A stretch of DNA of 63,783 nucleotides, counting the filler, from Octopus bimaculoides (taxonomy: Eukaryota), in the NCBI RefSeq assembly GCF_001194135.2. It is 11 parts of 10 records of this genome, joined end to end, with 100 filler letters (N's around TTAATTAATTAA, not from the genome) between each part and the next. Parts side by side here need not be neighbours in the genome. Positions count along the whole stretch, not along the records: positions 1 to 4,709 come from NC_068996.1; positions 4,810 to 19,023 come from NW_026343840.1; 9 more parts are not named here. One strand, given 5' to 3'. This document shows, in pieces, positions 1 to 12,439 of the stretch; position 1 is the first letter of the stretch, and every line of letters begins with the position of its first letter. The position numbers were made by a program, and so were the translations under genes. The notes beneath the pieces are model-generated. The model searched no databases. It saw nothing but the letters and a program-made list of their open reading frames with translations, and was not told the origin of the DNA.

Positions 1-73
1 AAAACAAAAGACGAAAACAAATATGTAAACAACAAACAGGTGTATTAGTTTAATGCTCGAGAAGGTGAGACAG

Positions 74-111
74 TCTTTTACATTTCGAGCCTACGCTCTT
101 CAACAGAAAGA
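74..111 (-). ncRNA. Minimal type-I hammerhead-ribozyme-like motif (variant core), probably from a Penelope-like terminal repeat
   Basis: Minus strand reads TCTTT-CTGTTGA-A-GAGC(GTAG)GCTC-GAA-ATGT-A-AAAGA. This gives 5-bp stem I, 4-bp stem II, near-palindromic ATGT (expected ACGT) and a GUA triplet. Deviations: A6U and an extra A after A9. Confidence 0.55.
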
Positions 112-564
112 AGATAATAAAGTAGTAGTGATCCCAAAACGAGGTGCGCATGCGTGTGTATGTGAGAGTGTGTGTGTGCGTGTGGATTGGGGCTGGTAAC
201 CTTGACGTGTGGATGTCTGCATGTGCATGTGTGTGGATGATGGTGTGGGTGCTGGGGAGTGGTCTGTGCTAGTGTGTGCGGGGTGGTGTAATGTGGTGAG
301 GTGGTGTGGTCATGTGTAGTGTGTTGTGTTGTGGTGTGATGGTGTGGTGTGATGTGGTGGTAAGGTCATGTGTGGGGTGGTGGTGGGTAGAGCGGTGGTA
401 TATGGGTGTTGTGGTGTGTGGTGTGGTGGTCTTTGAGTGCGAGGGATGTAAGGCTAGGGTGTAGGTTTGGGGTGAGGGTAGTTTGGGATATGTGGGAGTG
501 GGGTGGTGGGATTGGGATGTTCTAGGATGGTGTGGTTGGGATGTATAGGATGGGGAGTGGATGG

Positions 565-3500
565 AGGGGGTAACCCAGTCTCGGTTTTTTCTCACCCAGG
601 ACTGCAGATCCGTCACGGAAACGAGCTGCCGAAAGACGAGTCTCAAAAACGGAGCCCACACACGCTCACCATCCAGAAATCATTACAGGTGGCGTAACCT
701 AAGCACGTGTCTGCGCATTGGGAGACATGGTATGCCTAATCCGCCACTCAGAAGATGCTGGCAACAGACTGACCACCTGACTATTGGAACGCGTCCCTTC
801 CACAAGTATTTAAATAAGAGACGCTCCAACCTGGTCAAGCAGTTACCGGGACAAGGCACAACGGTCAGGCGATGTAAACATTCGCTACCTCTGCCCGACC
901 TTTCAAGGGCAGCTTTCTTTCAGCCCATTTCTGGGTAAGACTGGCCTACCTGTTCGCCACTTCATCCCAGTTCTTATCAACCTGAATGTCGGGACCAAAC
1001 TAGACCCCGAGCACTTTAACTGGTCCATCGGTCCAGCGTCCGATGACGCCATTCGATGGCATCATCCTGCCTCTCCAGGAGCCCGACCGCAAACCAACTG
1101 ATTTGTTGGCATTGATTTTAGCCCTTGCAACCAACTCATATTCCTTTAGGATGGTGCCGACCGTCTCTACTTCGGAGGTGCCCGACGCCATGACGGTGAC
1201 ATCGTCCGTGTATGCTAACATTGCCTATCCTTGTCCCACTTTAAAAGGAATTCCCCTTAGCTGTTCCAACCTCCGCAATAGTGATTCGAATATAGAAGAG
1301 GCGGTAGCATGCAGCCCTGACGGCTCGAGCGTGCGATGCCGTTGACTTTGACCACTGAATAAGTGCCGCCATAGACTGCAGCGATCCAGTCTTTGAAAAC
1401 GGGTCCGGTTGACCCTATCGAATGCTTTTGATTGATCCAAATTGAGAGAGCACCCACGAAATCAGCGGTAGTCCCAGCCCTCTCTATGATGTATCGCATA
1501 AGGTGAAGGTTGTTGTGGATAAAGCTGCTCAGGACTGCGCACGTTTGCGCTTCTCCGACCAGCCTATCGACAACAAGCACTAATCTTTTCGCTAACACCT
1601 TGGTCAAAATCTTAAACTCGGTATTTAGCAGAGTTATGGGCCCGAAATTCTCTTGTACGTCCCCATTGTCGGCATCCTTCCTCAGCTGAGTCACCACACC
1701 TCTGCTAACAGCACTAGGAATTCTTCCATTCAGTTACCAGTTGCAGTAGACGTATGTCAAGAGCTCGCCAAACCAATCTGGCATGAATACATAGAATTCA
1801 TAGGGCAGACCATCCAAACTAGGCGATCTGCGACTTGTACAATCGCTCACCGCCTCCCAAATTTCAGTGGCTGTAATCGGCCTTTCACATAACCTCACGT
1901 CAGCTACCGAGAGCCGCGGCAAGCCGGCCAGGTACGAACTAAAGTTCAGTACCATCGTCTACCCATCGCTCTCTCTCCAAACGGCCATGCGAAGTGCTGC
2001 TGAAAAGCCGCACACATCTGCTCAGAATCCGTTAAAGACCTGATCGTGCCTTTGTTTCTACTTCGCGACTCCACCGTTCGAGCCCATCGGACAGTTTTAG
2101 TTTCATCCTGTTTCAGTGCACTGGCCTTAGCTCTAACAACGCAACCTTCGTGTTTCGCTCCGAAGAAATGATTAAGGATTATTCTCGCCGCTAACACATT
2201 GGTCGCAATTCCCTTTTTAATCGCTTCTTCTATTTTGCTAACTAGTTCACTCTTTGATCTATTCCTTTCTATTTCTAACTCTTTGATAAACCTTATCGAA
2301 TCTATTCTAATAACCCTCTTCAGGACGCCCCACCGATGGTTGTTGACGATTGCTCCCTTCTAATTTACTTAACTAGTTCACTAATCCGGTCCCTGTTGTC
2401 TTTGCAAGCCGGAAAGGACGCGTCTAACTACCAGTAACCGGGTCTCTGTCTACGAGTCCTATCTAACTCGACTGTGCAAATCACAAACTTATGGTCTGTG
2501 TAACTGACCAATTTAAACTGTGGACAACCTACACTATCCCTATCCTCTAGATACGGTCTGGATGACCCATTGTGGTCTGAGCAGATGTGTGCGGCTTCAT
2601 GTCCATACTGGAACATCAGGGAAATCCATCAGACAATTGAAAGTCTCTGAGCAGGTTTCCGAAGATTTTACATCCCCGTCTTCCGTGTACTAACCCCACA
2701 CAGTCCTCCCGGGCGTCCAAAGTCACATTCCAGTCCCCTACTAGTACTAAATTGCTGGACGTTCCCAAGTAAGTTTCTAGACACCTGAAGAAATCTGGCC
2801 TTCTAGCCCCTGACGGGGCATAGACGACCACCAGTCTAAGGGCGCCACCTTCGATACCAACCTGTTGCCCGGGTCAAAGAAGATTGCCTTTACCTTGAGA
2901 TCTAAGGATTTTCGGAATAGCACTGCTACCCCGCCACCCGCTCCCGACAAACCACATGATGAGAATATCTAATAGTCATTGAAAATGGGCGCTAATGCTT
3001 GCGCATTAGAAATCCTTGTCTCGCTAATTGTAGCCACGTCTAAATCGAGCGACCTGATGTCGTTTAGCAAGTGACCTTGCTTCCAAGCTGACCCCAGCTG
3101 ATTTAGCTGCCTCGTCTGAAGCATTATCATTAATGAAGAGCCTTCCTAAAGTCTTCTTAGTTGGCTTTAGCCTACGAGGCCCAATGTCTATTGGGTATTT
3201 TTAAGTTGTAGATAAGTGTTTGTCCGTTTTTATCAGATGTTTGTCATAGGAAGTTTTCGACAGAAATTCGTCGAACCCTACTCCTATTGTGTGAATGTTT
3301 GTGTTTTCCCTTACTTCCTGCATCAGCTCACAGTTGCTCTTGCGAGCGACTGTGAAGTTGATGAGGCGTTCGGGTTCTATAGTCAGTTGTATGGGTTGTT
3401 TCTCTTCGTGTATTTATTTCTGCTTTGGTGTTTTTTGTAGTTGTGGTTGTGGTTGAATGAGTGTGCATTGCATTTTCTGCTGGGATTTGGGTGGGTGTGT

Positions 3501-3780
3501 CGGTGTTGTTAGTGTAGCCGATGGATTAGGTGAATTTTCTTCGTCCTGTCGTTTCACTTTCAGCTTAGGAAGGCCTCTTTTTGAACTATTTTTTCGTTTT
3601 TCCCCAACACAGGTACTTCTTGGGGGGTTCAGTTCCACCTCGTCGCATGATAAGGCTTCTGAATCGCTCGTGTCGGGAGTATAAGGTGTATTTATGTCGG
3701 CGGCCTGTAGGGATGGCCGGGCGTTGCTTATTTCCACCGCTACAGTTGTTGGTGCCACTGTGGTGGGATTCTGCTGTTGT
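565..3780 (-). mobile_element. Degenerate Tx1/L1-clade non-LTR retrotransposon (ORF1 remnant plus APE-RT ORF2), 3' truncated
   Basis: APE motifs VVYAPS, LVGDWNVTLD, SYTDHK; RT motifs PITLLNTEFKILTKVLAKRL, DQSKAFDRV, RQGC, LAYTDDVTV; post-RT LFKYLWKGRVP..GGLGMP. Many stops and frameshifts. Confidence 0.9.
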
Positions 3781-3781
3781 T

Positions 3782-3833
3782 GCTGCGCTCGGTAGTGAAG
3801 TGAAAGCACGTTATAAAAATAAAACTACTGAAC

Positions 3834-3835
<2 letters not shown>
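3782..3835 (+). mobile_element. About 50-bp 3' terminal fragment of a Dong/R4-like LINE
   Basis: GCTGCGCTCGGTAGTGAAGTGAAAGCACGTTATAAAAATAAAACTACTGAA matches 4350-4400 and 41767-41817 and is followed by (TAA)n. Confidence 0.8.
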
Positions 3836-3910
<75 letters not shown>

Positions 3911-3926
3911 TAATAATAATAATAAT

Positions 3927-3992
<66 letters not shown>
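3835..3992. repeat. (AAT)n microsatellite
   Basis: Near-perfect trinucleotide tract between two Dong-like fragments. Confidence 0.98.
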
Positions 3993-3994
<2 letters not shown>

Positions 3995-4402
3995 GGCCAA
4001 TAGACCGGATATAGTTGTCAGAGATCATCAAGAAGAAAAAAGTGCTTTCTAATCGATGTATCAATACCAACAATATTTCTCTAAAAGAAACAGAGAAACT
4101 TTCAAAATACAATGGTTTGGAAACAGAGGTAACTTGAATGTGGAGCCTAAAAACAGAAGCAATTCCTATTATAGGAATGATAAAAAAGCGTTCAAACAAA
4201 TACGTAACAAAAGCACCAGGACTTACAAGTGTATATAATATAGAGAAAATAGCACTACTAGGCACCGCACACATCCTATTCTTTTATTTTCAATACAGGG
4301 AAAATAACGACACCAAAATAAACTTCAGCATATACCTGAGGCACACAGAGCTGCGCTCGGTAGTGAAGTGAAAGCATGTGATAAAAATAAGACTACTGAA
4401 TA
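3993..4402 (+). mobile_element. 5'-truncated Dong/R4-like LINE (restriction-like endonuclease C-terminus and 3' UTR)
   Basis: ANRPDIVVRD..CFLIDVSIP..EKLSKY..KIALLGTAHIL, a PD-(D/E)xK REL domain; (TAA)n on both sides. Confidence 0.85.
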
Positions 4403-4414
4403 ATAATAATAATA

Positions 4415-4690
4415 ATTAATTCGTTTTATTGGCCACAAGGGCTAATATCAATTAAAAACATTTAAGGACAAAGACAGGACGAAGGTTACAAAAGGTTTTG
4501 TCCGAAAAGGTAGGAAAGTTCGTCTAAACAGAGGAAGAAAACGGAGAAAGATATAATAAATAAATAAATAAATAAATAGATAAATAAATAAGTAGAAACC
4601 CCCGAAGGGGGAGGCGCTTCGAAAAAGGAAAGGTTACACGTGGAAAAACCCATAAAGCCACGGGAGCCTGGTCAGAAAAAAATAAGAAAG
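4415..4690 (-). mobile_element. 3' UTR/tail of a LINE (probably L1/Tx1 type)
   Basis: Minus strand ends TTAGCCCTTGTGGCCAATAAAACG with a polyA signal and resembles the SINE family B tail. Clade assignment is inferred; no ORF is visible before the gap. Confidence 0.5.
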
Positions 4691-4753
4691 GGGTATAAAG
4701 CCCTTTCTCNNNNNNNNNNNNNNNNNNNNNNNNNNNNNNNNNNNNNNNNNNNN

Positions 4754-4765
4754 TTAATTAATTAA
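4754..4765. other. Assembly gap spacer TTAATTAATTAA (ten occurrences in the window)
   Basis: Always embedded in N runs: 4754, 19068, 21120, 33993, 37488, 39358, 46513, 56137, 57448, 62634; gives stops in all six frames. Confidence 0.95.
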
Positions 4766-4985
4766 NNNNNNNNNNNNNNNNNNNNNNNNNNNNNNNNNNN
4801 NNNNNNNNNTATATATATATATATGCATAAATACATACATGTAGACATACGTGTATATAAACTGAGATATACCTATAAATATGTATGCGTGTGTGCGTTT
4901 GTAAATATATATGATGTATAAATACAGACGCACACATATATGTCAATACATGCAGTATTAGGTATTTAGATATTATATATGTGTA

Positions 4986-5030
<45 letters not shown>

Positions 5031-5125
5031 TTGTGTGTGTTAGTGTGAGTGCGTGTGTGTGTGTGTGCGTGAACACATATGCATACAAGCAATTTATACA
5101 TATATACACATAAATGCTTACACAT

Positions 5126-5166
<41 letters not shown>

Positions 5167-6348
5167 CTCCAACACACAATTACTCACATACATGCATGCA
5201 CACATATAACTACACATTTACACACACGTTTTCGCACACACACACACACANNNNNNNNNNNNNNNNNNNNNNNNNNNNNNNNNNNNNNNNNNNNNNNNNN
5301 NNNNNNNNNNNNNNNNNNNNNNNNNNNNNNNNNNNNNNNNNNNNNNNNNNNNNNNNNNNNNNNNNNNNNNNNNNNNNNNNNNNNNNNNNNNNNNNNNNNN
5401 NNNNNNNNNNNNNNNNNNNNNNNNNNNNNNNNNNNNNNNNNNNNNNNNNNNNNNNNNNNNNNNNNNNNNNNNNNNNNNNNNNNNNNNNNNNNNNNNNNNN
5501 NNNNNNNNNNNNNNNNNNNNNNNNNNNNNNNNNNNNNNNNNNNNNNNNNNNNNNNNNNNNNNNNNNNNNNNNNNNNNNNNNNNNNNNNNNNNNNNNNNNN
5601 NNNNNNNNNNNNNNNNNNNNNNNNNNNNNNNNNNNNNNNNNNNNNNNNNNNNNNNNNNNNNNNNNNNNNNNNNNNNNNNNNNNNNNNNNNNNNNNNNNNN
5701 NNNNNNNNNNNNNNNNNNNNNNNNNNNNNNNNNNNNNNNNNNNNNNNNNNNNNNNNNNNNNNNNNNNNNNNNNNNNNNNNNNNNNNNNNNNNNNNNNNNN
5801 NNNNNNNNNNNNNNNNNNNNNNNNNNNNNNNNNNNNNNNNNNNNNNNNNNNNNNNNNNNNNNNNNNNNNNNNNNNNNNNNNNNNNNNNNNNNNNNNNNNN
5901 NNNNNNNNNNNNNNNNNNNNNNNNNNNNNNNNNNNNNNNNNNNNNNNNNNNNNNNNNNNNNNNNNNNNNNNNNNNNNNNNNNNNNNNNNNNNNNNNNNNN
6001 NNNNNNNNNNNNNNNNNNNNNNNNNNNNNNNNNNNNNNNNNNNNNNNNNNNNNNNNNNNNNNNNNNNNNNNNNNNNNNNNNNNNNNNNNNNNNNNNNNNN
6101 NNNNNNNNNNNNNNNNNNNNNNNNNNNNNNNNNNNNNNNNNNNNNNNNNNNNNNNNNNNNNNNNNNNNNNNNNNNNNNNNNNNNNNNNNNNNNNNNNNNN
6201 NNNNNNNNNNNNNNNNNNNNNNNNNNNNTATATATATGAATATATATATATGTGTATATGTATGTATTTATGTATATATATTTGTGCGTATATGCAAGTA
6301 CAAGAAGGGAGCTGTGGGCTTCACAGCTTCCAGTCCTTTTCAGTTTAC

Positions 6349-6362
6349 CGCCATCTCGCCAT
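6349..6362 (-). CDS. Candidate first coding micro-exon (ATGGCG or ATGGCGAGATGGCG then GTAAAC)
   Basis: AAAATGGCG start context, two YY1-like CGCCAT motifs and a donor-like CG|GTAAAC. No homology support. Confidence 0.2.
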
Positions 6363-6450
6363 TTTGGTTCCCGTAGCAGAAGTCACAAAGACAAAAACCG
6401 ATAACAAAGAGAAGAATACAACAACAACAACAGCAATAACAACAACAGCC

Positions 6451-6483
<33 letters not shown>

Positions 6484-7023
6484 GGCAGCTAGCGCAGCAG
6501 CAACAACAACACCAACAATGACAACAACGACTTCAAAAACAGCGGTCCACAACAACTATGGCAGTAACAACGTCGAAGATTACAAAGACAACTACTACAA
6601 CAATAATCACCACTAGAGTTTCTAGTATGACTACAGCTGTAGTAACTGTGATAGCAACTGCACATACTTCTACGTACAACAACAATAATAACTGCAGCAA
6701 CTCCAACAACAACGGCAACTACAACATCTTTTAAGTACAGATACGACTTCCCTTGCAATCCCTCACCTACCTTACTTACACACTACTCCACTTAAACGCA
6801 CATACTACATCACTCACACACACACAGACGCATACACATACACGCACGAGCACTTACGTACTTAGCTAACTCATACACTGCTTCGCACACATACATATAC
6901 ACAAACACCCACAAACACAAGCACTTTCACACTCAGTGACTCACTAACTCACTCGCAACCTACTTCACTCAAAAACTCCGAGTGAATCATTCCTTTACGG
7001 ATCCATAATCTCATACTACAAGT

Positions 7024-7146
7024 GGAGGCAGAATGGCCCAGTGGTTACGGCAGCAGACTCGCGGTCGGAGGATCGCGGTTTCGATTCCCAGACCGGGCGT
7101 TGTGTGTGTTTATTGAGCGAAAACACTTATAGCTCCACGTGGCTCT
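7024..7146 (+). mobile_element. SINE family C, 5' tRNA-like head only
   Basis: Matches 11979-12100; A-box TGGCCCAGTGG and B-box-like GTTTCGATTCCC. Confidence 0.9.
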
Positions 7147-8231
7147 GTCGGTCCGTCACTCACTCAGTTACCCCCACTCTTTCGTTTGGCTACGAATTCA
7201 CACAGTCCATTACACATGCAACCCCTCACCGCCATTTACTCACACATTATTTCACGCGTGAGCAGACACACTCATACACACACTCATTCATGCGTTGATT
7301 CATTCACTCCCTCATTCGATCAAACACATTCTCATTCACGCAAGTACTCTGAGTAAATCATTCAATCACGAAGTAAATCATTCAATTGACGAAGTCATGG
7401 TGTCGATTTGTTCGACAAATATCCTTCAGGTTCCGGGTCCCAGAAAAGGGGTCAAGCAAGGCTGCAGTCAAATGAATATTAACTTGGAACTCAAACGGAA
7501 GACCAGCTCTAGCACTTACTCAACATACCTGTTCGTTTAGATCACAAGTGAACCAAACCCCTCATATTCTGTGTGCGTGTGTGTGCGTCTGTCTGTCTGT
7601 GTGTATTGTTGAATGCATAAGTGTTTAGATGCTACGAGGGACCGCGAACCAATTCTTTTCTGAGACAATGAAACTCGGTGGAGAAAAAATTACAAATTAT
7701 AGCGTCTTAATATTTGACGAAAGAACCCGTTTTACGTATTACATGTAGCTTTATCTCCTTCTAGTTTCACCGTTCCAAAACGATACACACACAGATATAT
7801 ATATATATGTGTGTATGTATGTATATATGTATATATCTGTATAAAATATGTAGCTTCTGCTGTAGGCCGTGTTTTCATATCTATGTATAAATACTTATTT
7901 ATACATCAAAACTGGATTTAAAAATTGGATAATTACGATGATGAGGATAGTGATGGGTAGGAAGGGGCTGACAGAAGAAGGAGAAGCACAATGAGAGGAT
8001 GAGGTGAAGAAGGAAAAAAGAAGGGGAAGACTTTGTTAGCGATAATTACTAAAGAAGAATACTAAGGCACAAGTACACGCATGCGCATGCATATACATAC
8101 CTAAACACTCGCACACAGATGTATATATGTATGTATATATGTATGCATGTATATATATATATATATATATATACATGTTACTCGTTCATGCTTGCACAGT
8201 TTGCTAGCATAGTCAAATTTACTGCTGGAAT

Positions 8232-8287
8232 ACAGTATTGATGAAGGAAATTGAGTATCACTCATAATCCAGAAACGCGTCTACTGT
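8232..8287 (+). ncRNA. Minimal type-I hammerhead-ribozyme-like motif
   Basis: ACAGTA-TTGATGA-A-GGA..TGAGT(ATC)ACTCA..TCC-A-GAA-ACGCGT-C-TACTGT. This gives 6-bp stem I, palindromic stem III ACGCGT and a GUC triplet; C3 is replaced by U. A T-rich tract follows. Confidence 0.7.
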
Positions 8288-10482
8288 TAACCATCGGAAT
8301 TGGTTAGTTTTTCATTGTTTTTTTCTTCTTGTTTTTGCCTTTGTGAGTTACAAGTGATGCTATCTGTGGGATTCTCAGCTTTTTTAGCTGCTATTTCTGA
8401 ACTTCGGTATATGGTGAAGCAAATATTTGCTGATCCCTTAATTATGTTTATAAATATNNNNNNNNNNNNNNNNNNNNNNNNNNNNNNNNNNNNNNNNNNN
8501 NNNNNNNNNNNNNNNNNNNNNNNNNNNNNNNNNNNNNNNNNNNNNNNNNNNNNNNNNNNNNNNNNNNNNNNNNNNNNNNNNNNNNNNNNNNNNNNNNNNN
8601 NNNNNNNNNNNNNNNNNNNNNNNNNNNNNNNNNNNNNNNNNNNNNNNNNNNNNNNNNNNNNNNNNNNNNNNNNNNNNNNNNNNNNNNNNNNNNNNNNNNN
8701 NNNNNNNNNNNNNNNNNNNNNNNNNNNNNNNNNNNNNNNNNNNNNNNNNNNNNNNNNNNNNNNNNNNNNNNNNNNNNNNNNNNNNNNNNNNNNNNNNNNN
8801 TGTGTGTGTGTGTGTGTGTGTGTGTTTATGTACACTAACCTCCCAACTTTCACACATTTCTATCTTTTTAAATGACATATTTACACTAATTATCATGGAG
8901 TAACGAGAATAATGCCTTATATAGTCATGTGTGTGTGTTCTTGTGTGTTTGTGCATGCGTGTTTGCGTATGTGTGTACATGTGTGTGCGAGTGTTTGAGT
9001 ATTTTTGTGTGTCTGCGGGTATGACGTAATTAATTTATTTTTGCAGATTATCAATAGGTTTTCTCAAGTTTCTTTGCCCGTACGATACCCGCTAGCGTCA
9101 TGTGAAAAGCATTAGGAAAAAGCGGGGGGGGGGATGAGGGAAAAAAAACTAGGCAAAAGGGTTCGAATAATCAAAGGTTGTATGTCATGGGGTGATGTNN
9201 NNNNNNNNNNNNNNNNNNNNNNNNNNNNNNNNNNNNNNNNNNNNNNNNNNNNNNNNNNNNNNNNNNNNNNNNNNNNNNNNNNNNNNNNNNNNNNNNNNNN
9301 NNNNNNNNNNNNNNNNNNNNNNNNNNNNNNNNNNNNNNNNNNNNNNNNNNNNNNNNNNNNNNNNNNNNNNNNNNNNNNNNNNNNNNNNNNNNNNNNNNNN
9401 NNNNNNNNNNNNNNNNNNNNNNNNNNNNNNNNNNNNNNNNNNNNNNNNNNNNNNNNNNNNNNNNNNNNNNNNNNNNNNNNNNNNNNNNNNNNNNNNNNNN
9501 NNNNNNNNNNNNNNNNNNNNNNNNNNNNNNNNNNNNNNNNNNNNNNNNNNNNNNNNNNNNNNNNNNNNNNNNNNNNNNNNNNNNNNNNNNNNNNNNNNNN
9601 NNNNNNNNNNNNNNNNNNNNNNNNNNNNNNNNNNNNNNNNNNNNNNNNNNNNNNNNNNNNNNNNNNNNNNNNNNNNNNNNNNNNNNNNNNNNNNNNNNNN
9701 NNNNNNNNNNNNNNNNNNNNNNNNNNNNNNNNNNNNNNNNNNNNNNNNNNNNNNNNNNNNNNNNNNNNNNNNNNNNNNNNNNNNNNNNNNNNNNNNNNNN
9801 NNNNNNNNNNNNNNNNNNNNNNNNNNNNNNNNNNNNNNNNNNNNNNNNNNNNNNNNNNNNNNNNNNTACAGAGAGGATAACAAAAACTATAATGAAGTAT
9901 ATTTTGAAAAAGAAAATTAAATAAAATGTTTTTATTTAATGTACGATGCAGCGGCAATTGTTTGACTTTTAGAATAAAAGACCTTTACTCTGCTAAGAGA
10001 ACCTTCTAGAAGTCTCCTTGCTGGATATCCGCTCGATTCGCGTGAAGTCATTTGGGAGAGAGAGAAAAAAATCTACGCCATTGTTTTGGCATTTATTTTA
10101 TTTATTTTTTGGTGGAGAACGGTCTTTTTCTCTCATTCTCCTACTCCAACACCCGACATCCTCTCTATCTATCTATCTATCTATCTCTTTCTCAATCGAT
10201 CTATGCATCTATCTAACTATCTGTCTTCATCTCTCTGTGTATCTCTTTATTTCTCAGTCAGATTCTGTCTATATATCAGATTCCGTGTCTATCTCTGTCT
10301 ATTTCGTTACATGTTAATTTAACTTCCTATTCGTCTATCTACCTATCTAGCCGTCTCTCTAATCGTCGCCTATCTGCCTCTTTATAAACCCCTCTCTCTC
10401 TCTCTCACTATCTCTGTACCTATCTAACTATATTTCTTTCCACTTATCCACCTCCCATCCAATTCATCTATCTATCCATCAA

Positions 10483-10536
<54 letters not shown>

Positions 10537-10609
10537 ATTTGTCTATCTTTCCAGCTATCTATTTATCCATCTATCTACTTATACATCTTTCCACCTATCG
10601 ATCTATCTA

Positions 10610-10646
<37 letters not shown>

Positions 10647-11908
10647 ATTTGTCTATCTTTCCATCTATCTATTTATCTAGCTATCTCCCTATCTATCTAT
10701 CTATCTACCACTAATCCATCCGTCCCCCTTTTTCCATATTTTAAAGTTTTTTTCACAGTGAGCACATTGCGAGTTTGTTTTATGTATTGTACTATTTACT
10801 GTTCCTTGTTTTGTATTATATTCTAATACATTACCTTTTATTGCATTGTTCAAATGTGTCGTTGTTTTTGTTGTTTGTTGCTGTTGTTCTTGTGTTTGTG
10901 TTTTTGGTTCCGTTTCGTTTCGCATTGTTTTCTTTCATTTTGTTGATGGTTTTATTATGATTTCCTCTATATATATTTTAACTATTTTCGTTAATTGCAA
11001 TTATCACTATTATTATTACCATTATAATCATCAGCATTCATCTTCTTCTTCTTCTTCTTATTATTATTATTATTACTATTATTATTATTACCGCCTACCC
11101 TCGAAATGGCGGTGCCAAAGTGTGAAATCAATATTAGTATTATTATCATCATCATCATCATTATCATTGTTATTATTATTATTATTGTTGTTGTTGTTGT
11201 TATTGATTTTTTCTCTCTCTCTTTGGTTTAGAGAATTAGCTTCAAATATTTTTTTTATTTATATTTATAATTTTTAATTATTGTTGTTGTTGTTGCTTTT
11301 TCTTAATTTTTCTCTTCAGTGCAGAGAATGAATAAAATGAAGTGAGGAGGAGGAGGAGGAGAAAAAGAAGAAGAAAAAGAAGAAGAAGAAGAAGAAGAAG
11401 AAGAAGAAGAAGAAGAGACGGAGGGAGAAGAAAAAGATGAGGAAGAAGAAGAAGAAGAGGAGGAGGAGGAGGAGGAGAGTTGTGGTGGTAAGGGGAGGAA
11501 AGGAGCAGCCGCAGTAGCAGAAGCAGGAGGAAAAGAGGGAAACAAAAAACATTCTCATGATGTTGATGATGATGATGATGAAGAGGGGGAGGAGGAGGAA
11601 GAAGAAGAGGATGACGACGACGACAACGACTTCGACGAAACAAAGGCAGCGCTGTCATAGTAAATGAGAAAGACCCAAATGAAGCTCAGTGTGACGCAAG
11701 GAGAACTTTTAATTGCTCCACAATGGTGTACTTATACTTCGTCTTTGGATACCACGGGGGATGCTAAGAACAACAAAAAAGGGAAATGCTGGGAAGGAGA
11801 ATCGATAATTTCACTTAGGGCTTCTATACAGGTTAATGCTTACAGCAAACACACAGAACTGGGGGAGTTGCACTAGTGTTAATAATATAAATAAAAACAG
11901 GAATGTAA

Positions 11909-11944
<36 letters not shown>

Positions 11945-11978
11945 TTGAGAAATACCTTAGGAACGAGAAGGCAGTTGT

Positions 11979-12359
11979 GGAGGCGCAATGGCCCACTGGT
12001 TAGGGCAGCGGACACGTGGTCTTAGGATCGCAGTTTCGATTCCCAGACCGGGCGTTGTGAATGTTTATTGAGCGAAAACATCTAAAACTCCACGAGGCTC
12101 CGGCAGGGGGTGGTGGCGAACCCTGCTGTACTCTTTCACCACAACTTTCTCTCACTGTTACTTCCTGTTTCTGTTGTACCTGTAATTCAAAAGGTCAGCC
12201 TTGTCACACTCTGTGTCACGCTGAATATCCCCGAGAACTACGTTAAGGGTACACGTGTCTGTAGAGTGCTCAGCCATTTGCACGTTAATTTCACGAGCAG
12301 GCTGTTCCGTTGATCGGATCAACTGGAACCCTCGTCGTCGTAAGCGACGGAGTGCCAAC
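11979..12359 (+). mobile_element. SINE family C, full-length (tRNA head, RTE-like tail ending GACGGAGTGCCAAC)
   Basis: A and B boxes; body nearly identical to the reverse copy at 63551-63783. Confidence 0.92.
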
Positions 12360-12439
12360 CAAATATTTTAGATAGTGTGTGTTGCCTACATTTATGAATG
12401 CTTACAAGTTTATGAGACGAGTCAGACTTAGGCCGAATA

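Noticed and set aside
120-560. His/Thr/Pro-rich ORF 269-661
   Set aside because: Degenerate GTG/TG low-complexity tract read through from the Tx1 frame.
7024-7100. tRNA genes at SINE heads (also 11979, 22985, 57215)
   Set aside because: No complete cloverleaf; each continues into a SINE body.
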